Assembly: GCA_963714015.1 (NCBI GenBank)
Contig: OY970223.1
Location: 1,120,001 to 1,184,000, forward strand
Source of the DNA: Vulcanimicrobiota bacterium
Lineage (GTDB): Bacteria > Vulcanimicrobiota > Vulcanimicrobiia > Vulcanimicrobiales > Vulcanimicrobiaceae
Length of the DNA: 64,000 nt
Reading direction: 5' to 3'
The notes beneath the pieces are model-generated. The model made no database searches. It saw nothing but the letters and a program-made list of their open reading frames with translations, and had not been told where the DNA came from. The position numbers and the translations under genes were made by a program. Positions 34,880-45,701 of this stretch are shown here, one piece after another (the first letter of the stretch is position 1; the number at the start of each line of letters is the position of its first letter).

Positions 34880-34941
34880 GAACGTACCTCCGCCGAAGGC
34901 GTTCAACGATCCGCGAAATGCTTCCCGCGCAGTGGCCGCCG

Positions 34942-35319
34942 TTACGAGCCGGGCTGTAGATTTACTTCGAGCGTCGTCGGGTTATCCCAGCGCGTCGTGC
35001 AGGTGCCGATTGCGCTATTTTGGTGCGAGAGCTGCACGCGCCAAGGACTGCCGCCGCCGCTTTGCGACCAGAAGTCGACTTCGCAAGCGGCCGACTCGGA
35101 CCGATGGCGATAGAGCACCATCGTGCCCTTCGAACCGTCCGGGCAGCGAATTGTCGTGCCGTTGTCGATGCGGTGGACGTGGCAAGAGCCGGTTTGTCCG
35201 GCGTCGGCCACCACGCGGTGGAATCCGTTGGCGGTGACTTGAAGATCCGCGCGCGCTGCGAGGGGCGCTGCCGCCATCGTAAGGATCGCAGCAACGGCCA
35301 CAATAGAGCGAGTAGTCAT
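34942..35319 (-). CDS. secreted hypothetical protein
   Basis: signal peptide ending ARA, 4 Cys; TATATC 6 nt upstream of ATG. Confidence 0.7.
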   Translation of the reverse strand: MTTRSIVAVAAILTMAAAPLAARADLQVTANGFHRVVADAGQTGSCHVHRIDNGTTIRCPDGSKGTMVLYRHRSESAACEVDFWSQSGGGSPWRVQLSHQNSAIGTCTTRWDNPTTLEVNLQPGS

Positions 35320-35396
35320 ACGCTGGATATACCCTCTGTGGTGAAAATGAGGCAAGGGTTCGCCCGGCCGCAGCGCATCAGTGCCGTACTCGACAA

Positions 35397-35897
35397 CTAG
35401 CGATCGCCGAAGTATCGATGCCCCGGATTGACGGTCGGCGCCACGGTCGGCGTCGGGCTGGGTGTCGGTGAAGCGGTGGGTGTAGGAGTAGGCGTCGGCG
35501 TCGGCGTTGGACTCGGCGTCGGCGTCGGCGTCGGCGTTGGGCTCGCAGTCGGCGTCGGCGTTGGGCTCGCAGTCGGCGTCGGACTCGGCGTTGGCGTCGG
35601 TCTCGGTGTGTGGTGCGGCGTCGGAGTCGGGTTCGGCGTCGACGTTGGGCGCGGCGTCGGCGTCGGTGTCGGCCGCGGAGTCGGCGTCGGCGTGGCCCGC
35701 GGAGTCGGCGTCGGAGACGGTGAAAGCGTTGGCGACTGTGTCGGGGCGGGCGATGGAGAAGACGAGGGCGCGGAACTCGTTCCCCCTCCCGGTGCGGTGG
35801 TCGGCGAAGTAATGAAAAACTCGTTCGTCGTGCCGCCGCTTCGGCATGCCGTAAGGACGAGCGCGATCGCAAAGATCGCCAGGAAGCTTGCCCGCAT
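35397..35897 (-). CDS. Pro/Thr-repeat lipoprotein
   Basis: LTAC lipobox, long (TP/SP)n tract. Confidence 0.7.
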   Translation of the reverse strand: MRASFLAIFAIALVLTACRSGGTTNEFFITSPTTAPGGGTSSAPSSSPSPAPTQSPTLSPSPTPTPRATPTPTPRPTPTPTPRPTSTPNPTPTPHHTPRPTPTPSPTPTASPTPTPTASPTPTPTPTPSPTPTPTPTPTPTASPTPSPTPTVAPTVNPGHRYFGDR

Positions 35898-36113
35898 ACG
35901 CTGATCTTATGGTCACGCGCTGCCTCGCGGGAGGGACTTATTTCTAATTAGACTTCCCGGTCAGTCCCAAACGCTAGCGAGAAATGCTATTGGCGGCCGC
36001 CAGCCTGCGTCTGCCCGCCGCTGCTTCGGATTGGAAAATGCGCATTTGCTGCCGCATGGCGACCGGTTGCTGCTAATGGACAAGGCACCAGGCATTCTGC
36101 GCGAATAGAGCGC

Positions 36114-36767
36114 CTATGTGAGCCACGCGAAGGCTCTGCGTACGAAAGCATGCGCGTCGCGGTCGACGCACTCACCGTGCGCCATAATGAGTCTGTCGAA
36201 ATCCCAAGACAACAGATGCTCGAGCGAAGCTCGCCCTAGGGCCTTCTTGCCGACGAAACTCGCGCGGGCGTCGATTGGCATGCCGCCGTCAACCCCGGCC
36301 AATTTGAGGATAAAATTGCGCAAAGCATTTTGCCCGAGCCTATAATTCTGAATGAAGTCACCCATGATGAGCGAGCGCGACGAGCGATGGAGGAATTCGA
36401 CTTCGTTCAGAACGCGACTTCCGCGGAAGACGACTTGATCGAGGTCGCTGCTCCAATCCGTGGGCGCGGCGTCACCTAGCGATTTTGCCGGCCAAGTCTG
36501 TGCGCCGGGAAACGTTTTTGCCCACGCGTCCAAGCGCCAATCGTGCATCGGCGTCGGTGAAACGAGATGATGCACCGGTCCGATTCGCGCAACCATAAGC
36601 ATGTCGTTGGGCGCGCATTCGACCGGCGAATTGATCCATACGCCGCCGTTCCCGAGTCTGATGACGATCATTCTGGTCGGAAAAGGGAATCCGAACCCTC
36701 GAACGATTGGTCCGTCCGCAACCCATATCGAATCTTCGTACGGCCGGAGCATGAGCGGCAGATTCAT
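36114..36767 (-). CDS. DUF4336 family protein
   Basis: FPTRMIVIRL..WINSP..SP..H..EVEFLHRSSRSLI..D..WDFDRLIMAHG. Confidence 0.85.
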   Translation of the reverse strand: MNLPLMLRPYEDSIWVADGPIVRGFGFPFPTRMIVIRLGNGGVWINSPVECAPNDMLMVARIGPVHHLVSPTPMHDWRLDAWAKTFPGAQTWPAKSLGDAAPTDWSSDLDQVVFRGSRVLNEVEFLHRSSRSLIMGDFIQNYRLGQNALRNFILKLAGVDGGMPIDARASFVGKKALGRASLEHLLSWDFDRLIMAHGECVDRDAHAFVRRAFAWLT

Positions 36768-36883
36768 CGATTAGGTTTTCGCAGACTGCGGCGCGTGCCA
36801 TTAAACGTTCTTCGACGCGAAAAGTAAATATGCCGTTTGGCCGCGAACGTCCGGCGATCAGCAGCGTGCCGCGCGCGGCTTGG

Positions 36884-37231
36884 TTAGGGTGCAGTTGCCT
36901 TATGCTCGCGCAGGCGAAGGTACGCGGCGGCCTCGATGGTAATTAGTCCCTCGCCGATCATCTCTTCGAGTTCGGGAATGAGCGCGCGAAGATTTTCTTC
37001 GTCGTCGACGACTTCGATCAGAATCGGCAGGTTTGCCGACCAGGAAAACACTTTCGCGATATGGAGTTCGTGATGCGAGCCGAAGCCCTCGATGCCTCGA
37101 AACACGGTCGCGCCGGCAACGCCGCGCTTGCGCAGAAACTCCACGACTGCCGTATAGAGGGGTTCCACGCCGCGCCGGTCCTTCTCGTCGACGAAGATGC
37201 GCATCAACTTTCCGTCGCGAAATGCTTCCAT
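36884..37231 (-). CDS. DUF190 (PII-like) protein
   Basis: MRIFVDEKD..PLY..GATVFRGIEGFG..LPILIEVVD. Confidence 0.9.
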   Translation of the reverse strand: MEAFRDGKLMRIFVDEKDRRGVEPLYTAVVEFLRKRGVAGATVFRGIEGFGSHHELHIAKVFSWSANLPILIEVVDDEENLRALIPELEEMIGEGLITIEAAAYLRLREHKATAP

Positions 37232-37267
37232 ACCGCCTCCGCTGTTTACCGGTGGGTTTAGTATAGC

Positions 37268-37594
37268 ATGGTGGGAACGCTGCTGCGGATCTTCGTGTGT
37301 GAGGGGGAGCGTTACGGCAAAGAGCCGCTGTATGCCGCCGTTATCGGGGAACTGCGCCGGAACGGTTTCCACGGCGCCACAGTGCTCAAGGCAATCGAAG
37401 GATTCGGGATCCGCGGGCACGTGCGTTCGGCGCGCACTGTCGATTTGGCTTCGGATCTGCCGCTGGTAATCGAGATCATCGAATCGGAAGAAAAGGTTCG
37501 CGAGATCATTCCGCGGCTTACCGGCATGATTTCCGAAGGCATGCTAACGATCGAACGAGTGGAATATTTGCCGATACGGGCCAATACATCGTGA
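37268..37594 (+). CDS. DUF190 (PII-like) protein
   Basis: LRIFVCE..PLY..GATVLKAIEGFG..DLPLVIEII. Confidence 0.9.
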   Translation: MVGTLLRIFVCEGERYGKEPLYAAVIGELRRNGFHGATVLKAIEGFGIRGHVRSARTVDLASDLPLVIEIIESEEKVREIIPRLTGMISEGMLTIERVEYLPIRANTS

Positions 37595-37980
37595 TCGATT
37601 GGCGAATGTCGCTTGCGGTAATCGCCGGCGGCGGCATCGGTGCGTTTTTCCGGTACGCAGTCGGAGCGCTGTTCCTTCAGCGCTTCGGTCCTGGTTTTCC
37701 GTACGCCACGATGACGATCAATCTCCTCGGTTGTTTTTTGATCGGCATCATCTCCGAGCTCGCAGTGTCACGCGCCATAGGCGTCACTCCGCTGGTCCGC
37801 ACGTTCCTGGTCGTCGGGATCCTTGGCGGTTTTACGACCTTTTCGACTTTTGCGTACGAGGCCGTGACGCTCGGCGAGGAGGCCGCCGGGCTTGCGGCGC
37901 TTGCCTACGTTTGCGCCAGTGTCATCGGTGGAATCGTTGCCGCGTTCGCCGGCATGGTCGCCGTTCGAAGTTTGACCTGA
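37591..37980 (+). CDS. crcB: fluoride channel Fluc
   Basis: GGGIGA..RY, FPYAT..N..G, GILGGFTTFSTF. Confidence 0.95.
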   Translation: MIDWRMSLAVIAGGGIGAFFRYAVGALFLQRFGPGFPYATMTINLLGCFLIGIISELAVSRAIGVTPLVRTFLVVGILGGFTTFSTFAYEAVTLGEEAAGLAALAYVCASVIGGIVAAFAGMVAVRSLT

Positions 37981-38040
37981 CGGCTTCCGGGACGGTCACA
38001 ACCGCAAACTCTGCGCCGTCCTAATGGTTAGGAGGGATGA

Positions 38041-38611
38041 ATGGCACGTATCAAAGGCATCGATCCGAAGCAGGCACCACTTCCTATGCGGTTTGTTCTC
38101 GACAAGGTGCGCAGGATGGTTGGGCGCGACTTGACGCCTCTGCTCATCTCCGGTCGAGTACCGCGAGTCTTCTGGCTTCACGGGCTTGCGCAGTGGCTGC
38201 TTTTCGAGAAGTCCGCGCTGCCGCAGCGCCAGATCATGATCGTCGCCCTGCGAACGGCGGCGCGTGTGGGATGTCCGTTTTGAATCGATGCCAATTCTGC
38301 AGGTGGCAGAATGAACGGATTGAGCAGCACCGAGCTTGCGACGATCGCTGCAGGCGAATTTGAGGGATTTGAAGCGGAGGAGGCGACGCTGTTGCGGATG
38401 GCGGATGCGCTGGCTGAAACACCGGCCAATGTAAGTAGCGAGCTCTACGCGGATTTGCGGCGGCACTTTTCCGAAGAGCAGCTCGATCGAGCTGGCCACC
38501 GTAGCCGGATTTGAAAACCTGCGGGCCCGCGCCAATCGGGTGTTCGACGTCGGCAGCGACGGCTTATGTTCCATCATGGATCACCGCACTGCTGCGGCGG
38601 TCCATTCTTAG
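38041..38611 (+). CDS. AhpD/carboxymuconolactone-decarboxylase family selenoprotein (Sec at TGA 38281-38283; +1 indel at 38485)
   Basis: LRTAARVG-C-P-F-TGA-IDANS, in-frame continuation to ADAL..TP..VS..LR.HFSEEQL[I]EL..EN.RAR.N; SECIS-like hairpin. Confidence 0.85.
38294..38312 (+). promoter_or_regulatory. bacterial SECIS-like hairpin
   Basis: ATTCTGC-AGGTG-GCAGAAT, 10 nt after in-frame TGA. Confidence 0.75.
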
Positions 38612-38723
38612 CGGCGCGAGTACACAATGAAGATCGTAGGCAGGTGCTTGCCGCTCTCTTTTTTTGCGTCGTGCCTATTGCGCTCTTAATATTTCAGCAG
38701 AAGGCTCAGGAATCATCGCCGAG

Positions 38724-39200
38724 TTACGGTGACGTTAACATGTTCGGTAACCACATGAGCCGCGCCGCGCCCATCGTGCCGACGCCTACGATCAGTGCGG
38801 CGATCACAAGTGTTCCGGCTGACAACCACTTGATACGTGAATCCGTAACGCGACGTGCGCGAAGGTAGAGGTCGACTACGATCCAAGGAACCATGAATCG
38901 CGCGAACCCTATGAACATGTCGAACCAGCCGTCCATGTCCCCCGTCGTTCCTGGGCCGCCGCCGAAAGGCAAGCGGCCCGTCGCTACCGTCCAGAATCCG
39001 TATCCAATGCGGATAAACCATACGCCGCTCACCATGAGAAACGTCATGAGCGCCCAGCGCCGGTGCTCGTCGATCTTTCCGGCTCGCGCGTAGCCGATCG
39101 CAAGAAGCGCACAGAGAATAATGAGCGCACCGTTTGCGTCACTCGCCGCGGCAGCCGCAAACGATTGCGCCGGTCCGGCGTGAAAAAGTATCGGCCGCTG
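38724..39200 (-). pseudogene. DUF2306-like membrane protein, C-terminal remnant
   Basis: YARAGKIDEHRRWALMTFLMVSGVWFIR; no usable start upstream; 5' boundary approximate. Confidence 0.5.
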
Positions 39201-39653
39201 CGTCGATGTGAGCCAAATGGCGCCCGCTTGCGCCCAGCCGGATGCCGTGCGAATGCGCGCATGGAGAAAGCCTTCACTGTCCGCATACGGCGACTGGATC
39301 TCGTAGCCTGCGAGAATTGCTTGGGTTACCGACGTAAAAATCGTGATTCGTTGAGACGTCTCTACTACCTCACGGAAATGCGTCGCGCATCGCGATACGC
39401 GCGCACGCGCACCATTGCCGGTCTGCGCCGGGTGGACTCTAGCCGGGCTACCAGCACGACGAGCGAGAGCATAGCGAGCGGTATCAACGAGAGCACGAAT
39501 GCGACGTTGTCGACGAGCCAGTTCTGTGTATGACCTGCGAACATTTTCGACTCCATCGCGGCCCCGCGGCCGCAGCTGTTCTATCTACTAGACGAATTGG
39601 GGCCCCGCAAATCGACATGAAGCCCCGAGAAGCGTGCTTTTATTTTAGCATAT

Positions 39654-39685
39654 TACTTGTATTTTACAAGTACACTTGGTATAAT
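39654..39685 (+). promoter_or_regulatory. sigma70 promoter with overlapping palindromic operator
   Basis: TTGTAT(39657)-17 nt-TATAAT(39680); TACTTGTA-TTT-TACAAGTA covers the -35. Confidence 0.8.
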
Positions 39686-39720
39686 CCGGCCATAACACTG
39701 CGGCTTCAAGGAGGCTATCC

Positions 39721-40068
39721 ATGGGAAACCCGGTCGTTCACTTCGAGATCGTTGGAAAAGACGGGTCCGCGCTGCGCGATTTCTACAAGCAGGCCTTCGA
39801 CTGGACGTTCGAACCGGTCGGCGGTCCGATGGACTATTCCATGGTGCAAAACGCCGGCATCGGCGGCGGCGTCGGCCAATGCCCGCAGGGGGAAGAGGGC
39901 CACGTAACCTTCTACGTCGAGGTCTCCGACGTCATGGAGGCGCTCAAGAAGATCGAAGCGCTGGGCGCGAAAACGCTCAATGGCCCGATGCCCATCCCCG
40001 GAGGCGGACAGATTGCGCAGTTCGCCGATCCGCAAGGACAAATCATCGGACTAGTTCAGCAAGCGTGA
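39721..40068 (+). CDS. VOC/glyoxalase family protein
   Basis: NPVVHFEI..FY..F.W..GIGGG..FADPQG. Confidence 0.9.
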   Translation: MGNPVVHFEIVGKDGSALRDFYKQAFDWTFEPVGGPMDYSMVQNAGIGGGVGQCPQGEEGHVTFYVEVSDVMEALKKIEALGAKTLNGPMPIPGGGQIAQFADPQGQIIGLVQQA

Positions 40069-40084
40069 ATGTGAGGATCGATCG

Positions 40085-40561
40085 ATGCAGCAGCAGATCA
40101 TTCCATTTCTGTGGTTCAATGGGAACGCTGAAGAAGCAGTGAACTATTATGTCTCACTGTTCAAGAATTCGAAGATCGACAACATCAGCCGTTATGACGA
40201 CGGCAAACCGTTGGTGATCGATTTCCAAATCGACGGTCAAGACGTCATGGCGCTCAACGGCGGCGACACCGGCGAGGAAAATCCCGGCAAGCCGTATCCC
40301 GGTTCGATCGCGCTTTTTGTGAGCTGCGCAACGCAAGACGATGTCGACACACTCTGGAACGGCCTGAAAGCGGGCGGCGAAACCTTGCAGTGCGGTTGGG
40401 TCAGAGACCGTTACGGCGTTATTTGGAACATCGTGCCGCAGGGACTCACCGATCTGCTCGGCAGCGACGACCGCGAGCGCGCCGCTCGCGCGATGCAGGC
40501 GATGATGGAAATGGACAAACTCGACATCAACGAGCTGCGCCGCGCGTACGAGAGCGTGTAG
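40085..40561 (+). CDS. VOC family protein (PhnB/3-demethylubiquinone-9 MTase-like)
   Basis: PFLWF..AEEAVNYY..ALNGG..CGWVRDRYGV.W. Confidence 0.92.
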   Translation: MQQQIIPFLWFNGNAEEAVNYYVSLFKNSKIDNISRYDDGKPLVIDFQIDGQDVMALNGGDTGEENPGKPYPGSIALFVSCATQDDVDTLWNGLKAGGETLQCGWVRDRYGVIWNIVPQGLTDLLGSDDRERAARAMQAMMEMDKLDINELRRAYESV

Positions 40562-40627
40562 ACGATACAAAGGGGATTCTGCCCCGCGTGCCGCGCCGGC
40601 GAAAGGAAAGCCGGCGTTGATGGCAAG

Positions 40628-40673
40628 GTAGGGGCGCTTCCCCATGCCGCAGGGGCCGCCCTAACGCTATGCT
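40628..40673 (+). promoter_or_regulatory. LuxR-type box plus -10 (module 1, short gene)
   Basis: GTAGGGGCGCTTCCCCAT, 22 nt, TATGCT, 6 nt, GTG. Confidence 0.7.
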
Positions 40674-40679
40674 AGGGCC

Positions 40680-41238
40680 GTGCCAATCTCGGACGTCCTC
40701 GCCACGGTTTTGCTGCAGCGGATGCGCGATATGGATCGTGCCGAACGAAGTGTGCTCGATGTACGCATCGGTCATGGGTCAGCGGTTTCGGCTTGCCGTG
40801 CTGGCCGCAGCGACCGGACTATCGGAAGAACGCGTTCGCGCCGTGCTGGAGAAGGCCAGCGTGCTCCAATTCGTGATGTGCGAAGATGGGGAAAGCGATT
40901 GGTATGCCTTCCGCCACGCCTTAATTCGCGATATCGCGTACGAAGAATTTATCGGTAACCGCGTGCGTCCGATACACCGGCTTATCGCTCGCGCGCTCGA
41001 ACGCTGCGCCGATGCAAAGCACGTTCCGATCGACGATCTCGCGTACCACTCCTGGGCCGCCGGCGATGCCGAGCGCTGCGTGCGCTATAACGAACTTGCA
41101 GGCGATAGAGCCGCGGGGGCCTTTGCAAACCACGATGCTCGAATTTACTATGCGCGCGCGCGCGAGTTTGCAGACCCTAATTCCGAGCATTATCGCCGCT
41201 TGACCGGGAAACTCGTCCGGCTGCAACAGGACGGGTAG
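40680..41238 (+). CDS. short STAND-regulator-derived protein, post-ATPase helical/WHD region only (+1 indel at 40758)
   Basis: LLQRMRDMD..SVL..ASVMGQRF..FRHALIRD..Y..HRLIARALE..LAYHSWAAGD; paralog of 56555-57109. Confidence 0.75.
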
Positions 41239-41258
41239 CCGGCGTCACGCGCCGAAAA

Positions 41259-43962
41259 GTGCGCCATGAGGCCGTCGCGGTGATCGTACGACCCGTCCTT
41301 TGCCGTCCGTTCGTCGGCCGGCGCCCCGAACTTGCGTATCTTCGGGAACGGCGGCTCGAAGCGGGCGCTTCGCGCGGCAGTCTGGTCTTCATCGCGGGAG
41401 ACGCGGGGCTTGGCAAGTCTCGTCTTATCGCGGAGTTCAGCCAGAGCTTTGGCCTATTCTCGTTGGCGGATCGCGCGCGGGCCGTGCCGCGAGTTCGGCG
41501 GCCGTCCATACGGTCCGATCTTGGATGCGCTTTCGAGTGTCGATCGCGGCGCCGCGCAGATAACGCCGGCCGAATCCAAGCGTCAATACTTCGAAGCAAT
41601 CATCGAAGGCTTTGCGCACATCGCCTCGCGCCAAGCGTTGGTCATCATCATTGAGGACTTGCATTGGGCCGACGCAGCGACGCTGGATCTCCTGGCGTAT
41701 CTCGGATCGCAAGTGCACCGAATGCGCGTTCTCGTGCTCGCGTCGTTTCGTCCGGGCGACCTGCATGCCGGACATCCGGCAGCCGCCGGAATCGAGAAAG
41801 TAGGCCACGCAGCCCGCGCGGGCCGCGTCGATCTCGGTCCCCTCCAAGGGCGTCGAACTGCGCACGTTCATCGACGAGGCCCTTTCCGGTTTCACCTTGG
41901 GCCGGAAGAAAAAGCGGGCCATTGCCCTGGCAGGCGAAGGCAACCCGTTCTTTACCGAGAGAGCTGCTCAAGAACGCAGTTCAGGAAGCAGCAGAAAATC
42001 AACAATGCGACGACGACGGCCGAGTACCGCACAGCGTACGCACCACGCTGCTCGAGCGATTGCGTCCGTTCGAAAGTGACGACCGCCGAATCGTAACGCA
42101 GGCAGCCGTAATCGGCCGGACCTTCTCGCTCGACCTTCTCGCCGACGTCATCGGCACCGAGCCGGACCTTCTCGTTCCGGCACTGCGGCGCGCTCGCGAT
42201 TTTCAGCTGATCGAGGAACTCGCGCCGAGTCTGTTTCGCTTCCGGCATGGTCTTACGCGCGAAGCGATCTGCAGCGAGTTTCTTCGCACCGAATTGCGGC
42301 CGCTTCATCGCCGAATCGCGGTCAGTTTAGAGAACGCACTCACCGGCGAACGGTCGGTCGAAGCGCTCGCGTATCATTGGTGGGCCGCGGGCGACGACGA
42401 GTGTATCGTCCGGTGATAACGAATTGGCAGGCGATGCCGCACGCCAAGTATTTGCGACGACAATGCTATCGCATTTTACGAGCGCGCGTTGGAATCGAGG
42501 AAGGTCGAACCAATCGTGCAAGGTTCAATTTTAGAGAACATTGCCAATCTGCGATTGTGTCAGCATGGCTGAAGAAGGTCCGGCGACCGTATTCTCCGGT
42601 GGTGTACGTCTTCAAGGCTGCGCGGACCGTTCAAGCGGGAAGCGGTGTGAAGCACTAGTGGCGATGACTGCCTACAGAGCGATCTTGCCGGTAGGAGTGC
42701 TTCACTCGAACAAATGCTCGAACGTTTGGAGCCCGGCGAATATCTCGCTCGCGCTCGGCTTCATCTGGGCATCGCCTGGATTGCGCAGGCGTTGCGTTTT
42801 CCGTCGCGCGCAAGCGTCGCATCTCGCTCTGGTCGATCCTCGCGCCGCGGGGATGCGGCCGCGTTCGGTGCGGTATCACAACGTCGCAGCGCGTCACGCT
42901 GCGGCGCTCGGAGATGAGCAGGGTTTTCGCCGCGAGCAGCGGCTTGGCACGATCCAGCGCGCTCGCACGGCGCGGCGCGATACCGGCGTTTAATACAATG
43001 GAGCGGAGTTCTTCCCATCCTTCGGTTTCATGAAGAAGCGCGTCGAAAATATTCGCAAAGCGCTGGACGTCGCGCGCGAAAAGAAAGCCGGCACGTCGAA
43101 GAGGCACCTACGCCACGGCGGCGCTGGCCACAAATGAGCGGCGATTGGCAAGCGGCCCGCACTGCGGTCGAATCGGTTTCCACGACGTCCGATAACCGTG
43201 TCAATATCACGTTTCGACGGCTGCGGGAACCGCCGTTGGAACGTATCTCGGCGATGAGGCTTTGATCGAAAAATGGTGCGACGGATCGAAGATACGATGA
43301 CAATCGCTCCCGAGATCGAATGCGGGCACGGTTTCGCGGAAGTTCTCGTTCGCAGAGGCCGTCACAAGGATGCGCAGCGGCTGCTGCATCGCGTACTCCC
43401 AAAATGCGAAGTAGTGCGGGGAGAGGTTCTGATGCTGCTCGCGATAGCGCGGTACGGAGCGACGGAAGATCGTGTTCAGGCACGCGAATATCTCGCGCGC
43501 GCCGGCGAGATGGGTGATTCGCTCGAGCGTTGCGCGTTGGCGCTCTTCGATGCGATCTGCGCAGACGATCGCGAAAGCGCGCCGCGTTTGGCCTTTGAAG
43601 CAGCCGAGGGTTTCAAGCGTTTCCGAACGCCGCTTCTGGAAGCCGCCGCGCGCGAAATCGCCGGAGACCTCGATTCAGCCCTCGCGTTGTACCGTCGCTG
43701 CAGCGCCGCATACCACGTGCGTCGGCTCGAAGGAACCCGTCCGACCGGCAGCGATGCGCTCGCATCGCACGATTCTCCCGAGTTTTCGGAATTTTCTGCA
43801 CGTGAACGTGAAATCGTCGTGCTGGCCGCGAACGGCGAATCCAATTTAGAGATCGCACGCAGCCTTTCAATTAGTCATAAAACCGTCGAAAAGCACCTTG
43901 GCGCGGCCTATCAAAAGCTCGGCGTCTCCTCGCGGCGACAACTACGGTCCTACGTTAAGTAG
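41259..43962 (+). pseudogene. AAA-ATPase/LuxR (LAL/MalT-like) regulator with many frameshifts (pseudogene or assembly errors)
   Basis: FVGR..GDAGLGKSRL, IEDLHWAD, GNPFF, FRHGLTRE, C-terminal LuxR HTH; colinear with intact paralog 53821-56514. Confidence 0.85.
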
Positions 43963-43965
43963 AAA

Positions 43966-44011
43966 GTAGGGTCGCCCACCCATACCGCGGCACGCGCCGC
44001 TCCCGTACGAT
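43966..44011 (+). promoter_or_regulatory. LuxR-type box plus -10 (module 1, propeller gene)
   Basis: GTAGGGTCGCCCACCCAT, 22 nt, TACGAT. Confidence 0.7.
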
Positions 44012-44046
44012 GGCCTGGAACCGCTACTGTCGTGGCACCGGCCACC

Positions 44047-45449
44047 ATGAAGGGAGCATTCGCTGTGAGGCGAATCTTACAAAAAATCGCAACAACCACG
44101 GTCCTGCTCGGATTTCCCGCACTTGCAGCCGGCTGCTCGCCGGGCGGTGCCGGGGGCACACCGGTGACCCCCGCGTCGATCCAACTCTCGCCGCGAACCT
44201 TTGCGGCGCAAACGGCGAACTTCTCTCCGGCCCCGGTACTGCGCCATGGCCGCAATTCGGCTACGGGGCCGGCCATACCGGATTCAATCCGCTCGAGACG
44301 ACCATCACCACTCAGAACGTTTCGAACCTACAGGTGGCCTGGAACGATCAGTCGATCGTTCAAGCCGGCGGAATCGTTGTGGACGGCGGCGTCGCCTACG
44401 TCGATGACATGGGCCAATCCAACGCGGGGCTTTATGCGCTTGACGCAACGACGGGCGCGCAGAAGTGGTATGCAAACGTCAGACTCAACGGCGCGTGGGG
44501 CAACTTCACGCATGCGGTTTCGGCGATTTCCGGCAGTATCGTGGTGACACCGTGCAGCAACGGCTCATCCACGGCGTTCCTCACCGGGCTCTGCGGCGTC
44601 AGCGTGACAACCGGTAAGATTATGTGGCGGAGATACTGCACGGAATATCAAGGCAATCCGTGCGGCGGTCTGGTCGGCGGCGGTTCATCTCCGACCCTGT
44701 ATGACGGACGCATCTTTTTTCAGAGCACGCAAGGCGTGAACGAACAGCCCGATACCCAAGCACTCAATCCGAGCACCGGCAAGATCCTTTGGGATGATGC
44801 CGGCGTGTACCGCTGCCCGGACGCCGGCGAATCGAGCTCCGATCCGCTGCCGGCCGGAAACGGACTGGTTTATGCGGTTCTGGGTTGCCAAGGACAGAAC
44901 GGCGCGACCGAACTCTGCGCGTTATCTACGGCGAGCGGAGCCGCCGCGTGGTGCGATCCATCGCAGCCTTACGTCCAGAACATGATCCTTGCCAAGGGCG
45001 AGCTCTACGTGACGGAACAGGGCAATAATGACGAAGTCGTGCTGGCGCTCAACGCGAAAACCGGCGCACAGTCGTGGACCGCGTCGCTGCCGGGCGCAAA
45101 TGGATGGGGCTCGATGGCCACCGCCGGCACAACGCTTTACGTTGAGGACGGCGGAGCCGGTGTGTTCGCACTGGGAACGGCCACGGGTCAGACGCTGTGG
45201 AGTCAGACGTCGAACGCGAATCTGTACGACGGGGGCGTTATCTCGGTCGCAAACGGCATCGTGTACACCGACGGCGGCGGCGGCAACAACGGCAATTACG
45301 CGATCGATGCGTTCAATGCAGCAACCGGCAGCCTTATCTGGTCGAGCAGCGCTATTGGAAACGGCGCTGCGGAAATGACGCCGGTGATCGTCAACGGCAC
45401 CGTGTACGCCGGCTGCTACACCGTGTGCGCCTTCAGGGTAACGGCCTGA
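44047..45449 (+). CDS. PQQ-like beta-propeller lipoprotein (frameshift ~44220-44240)
   Basis: LAAGC lipobox in one frame; WPQFGY..HTGFNP.E and repeated ALxAxTG..W blades in the next. Confidence 0.82.
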
Positions 45450-45617
45450 TCGCTCGTCATCGGATTGCGGATCATGCAACTCACGATGCTTAGGCCCGCT
45501 GAATCTTTTATAGCGGAGCGCACATTTCGCGTTCTTGGAGGGAGGCCGGGCGGAGGCGCTGTAGGGTGTGCCTCGGCAAATTGAATGCCGGCCGTGCTCT
45601 TATCGAGAGGTCGCCGT

Positions 45618-45701
45618 TTGAAAATCCGGCCTCTCGCGTCTGCGCGCACGGAGCTCGTTGCGCGCGAGCAGGAACGCAACGTTCTTGCCGCGGCGCCGTG
45701 A
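45618..45701 (+). pseudogene. relic of AAA-LuxR N-terminus
   Basis: IRPLASARTELVAREQERNVL resembles VRPVLCRPFVGRREELAYL; decayed box/-10 at 45561/45601. Confidence 0.35.

Noticed and set aside
35430..35760. GGCGTC-type tandem repeats as CRISPR or VNTR element
   Set aside because: They encode the Pro/Thr tract of a lipoprotein; no repeat-spacer structure and no cas genes
37232..37267. Fluoride riboswitch upstream of the crcB unit
   Set aside because: Gap is only 36 bp and lacks the GGCGATGG..CGCC consensus
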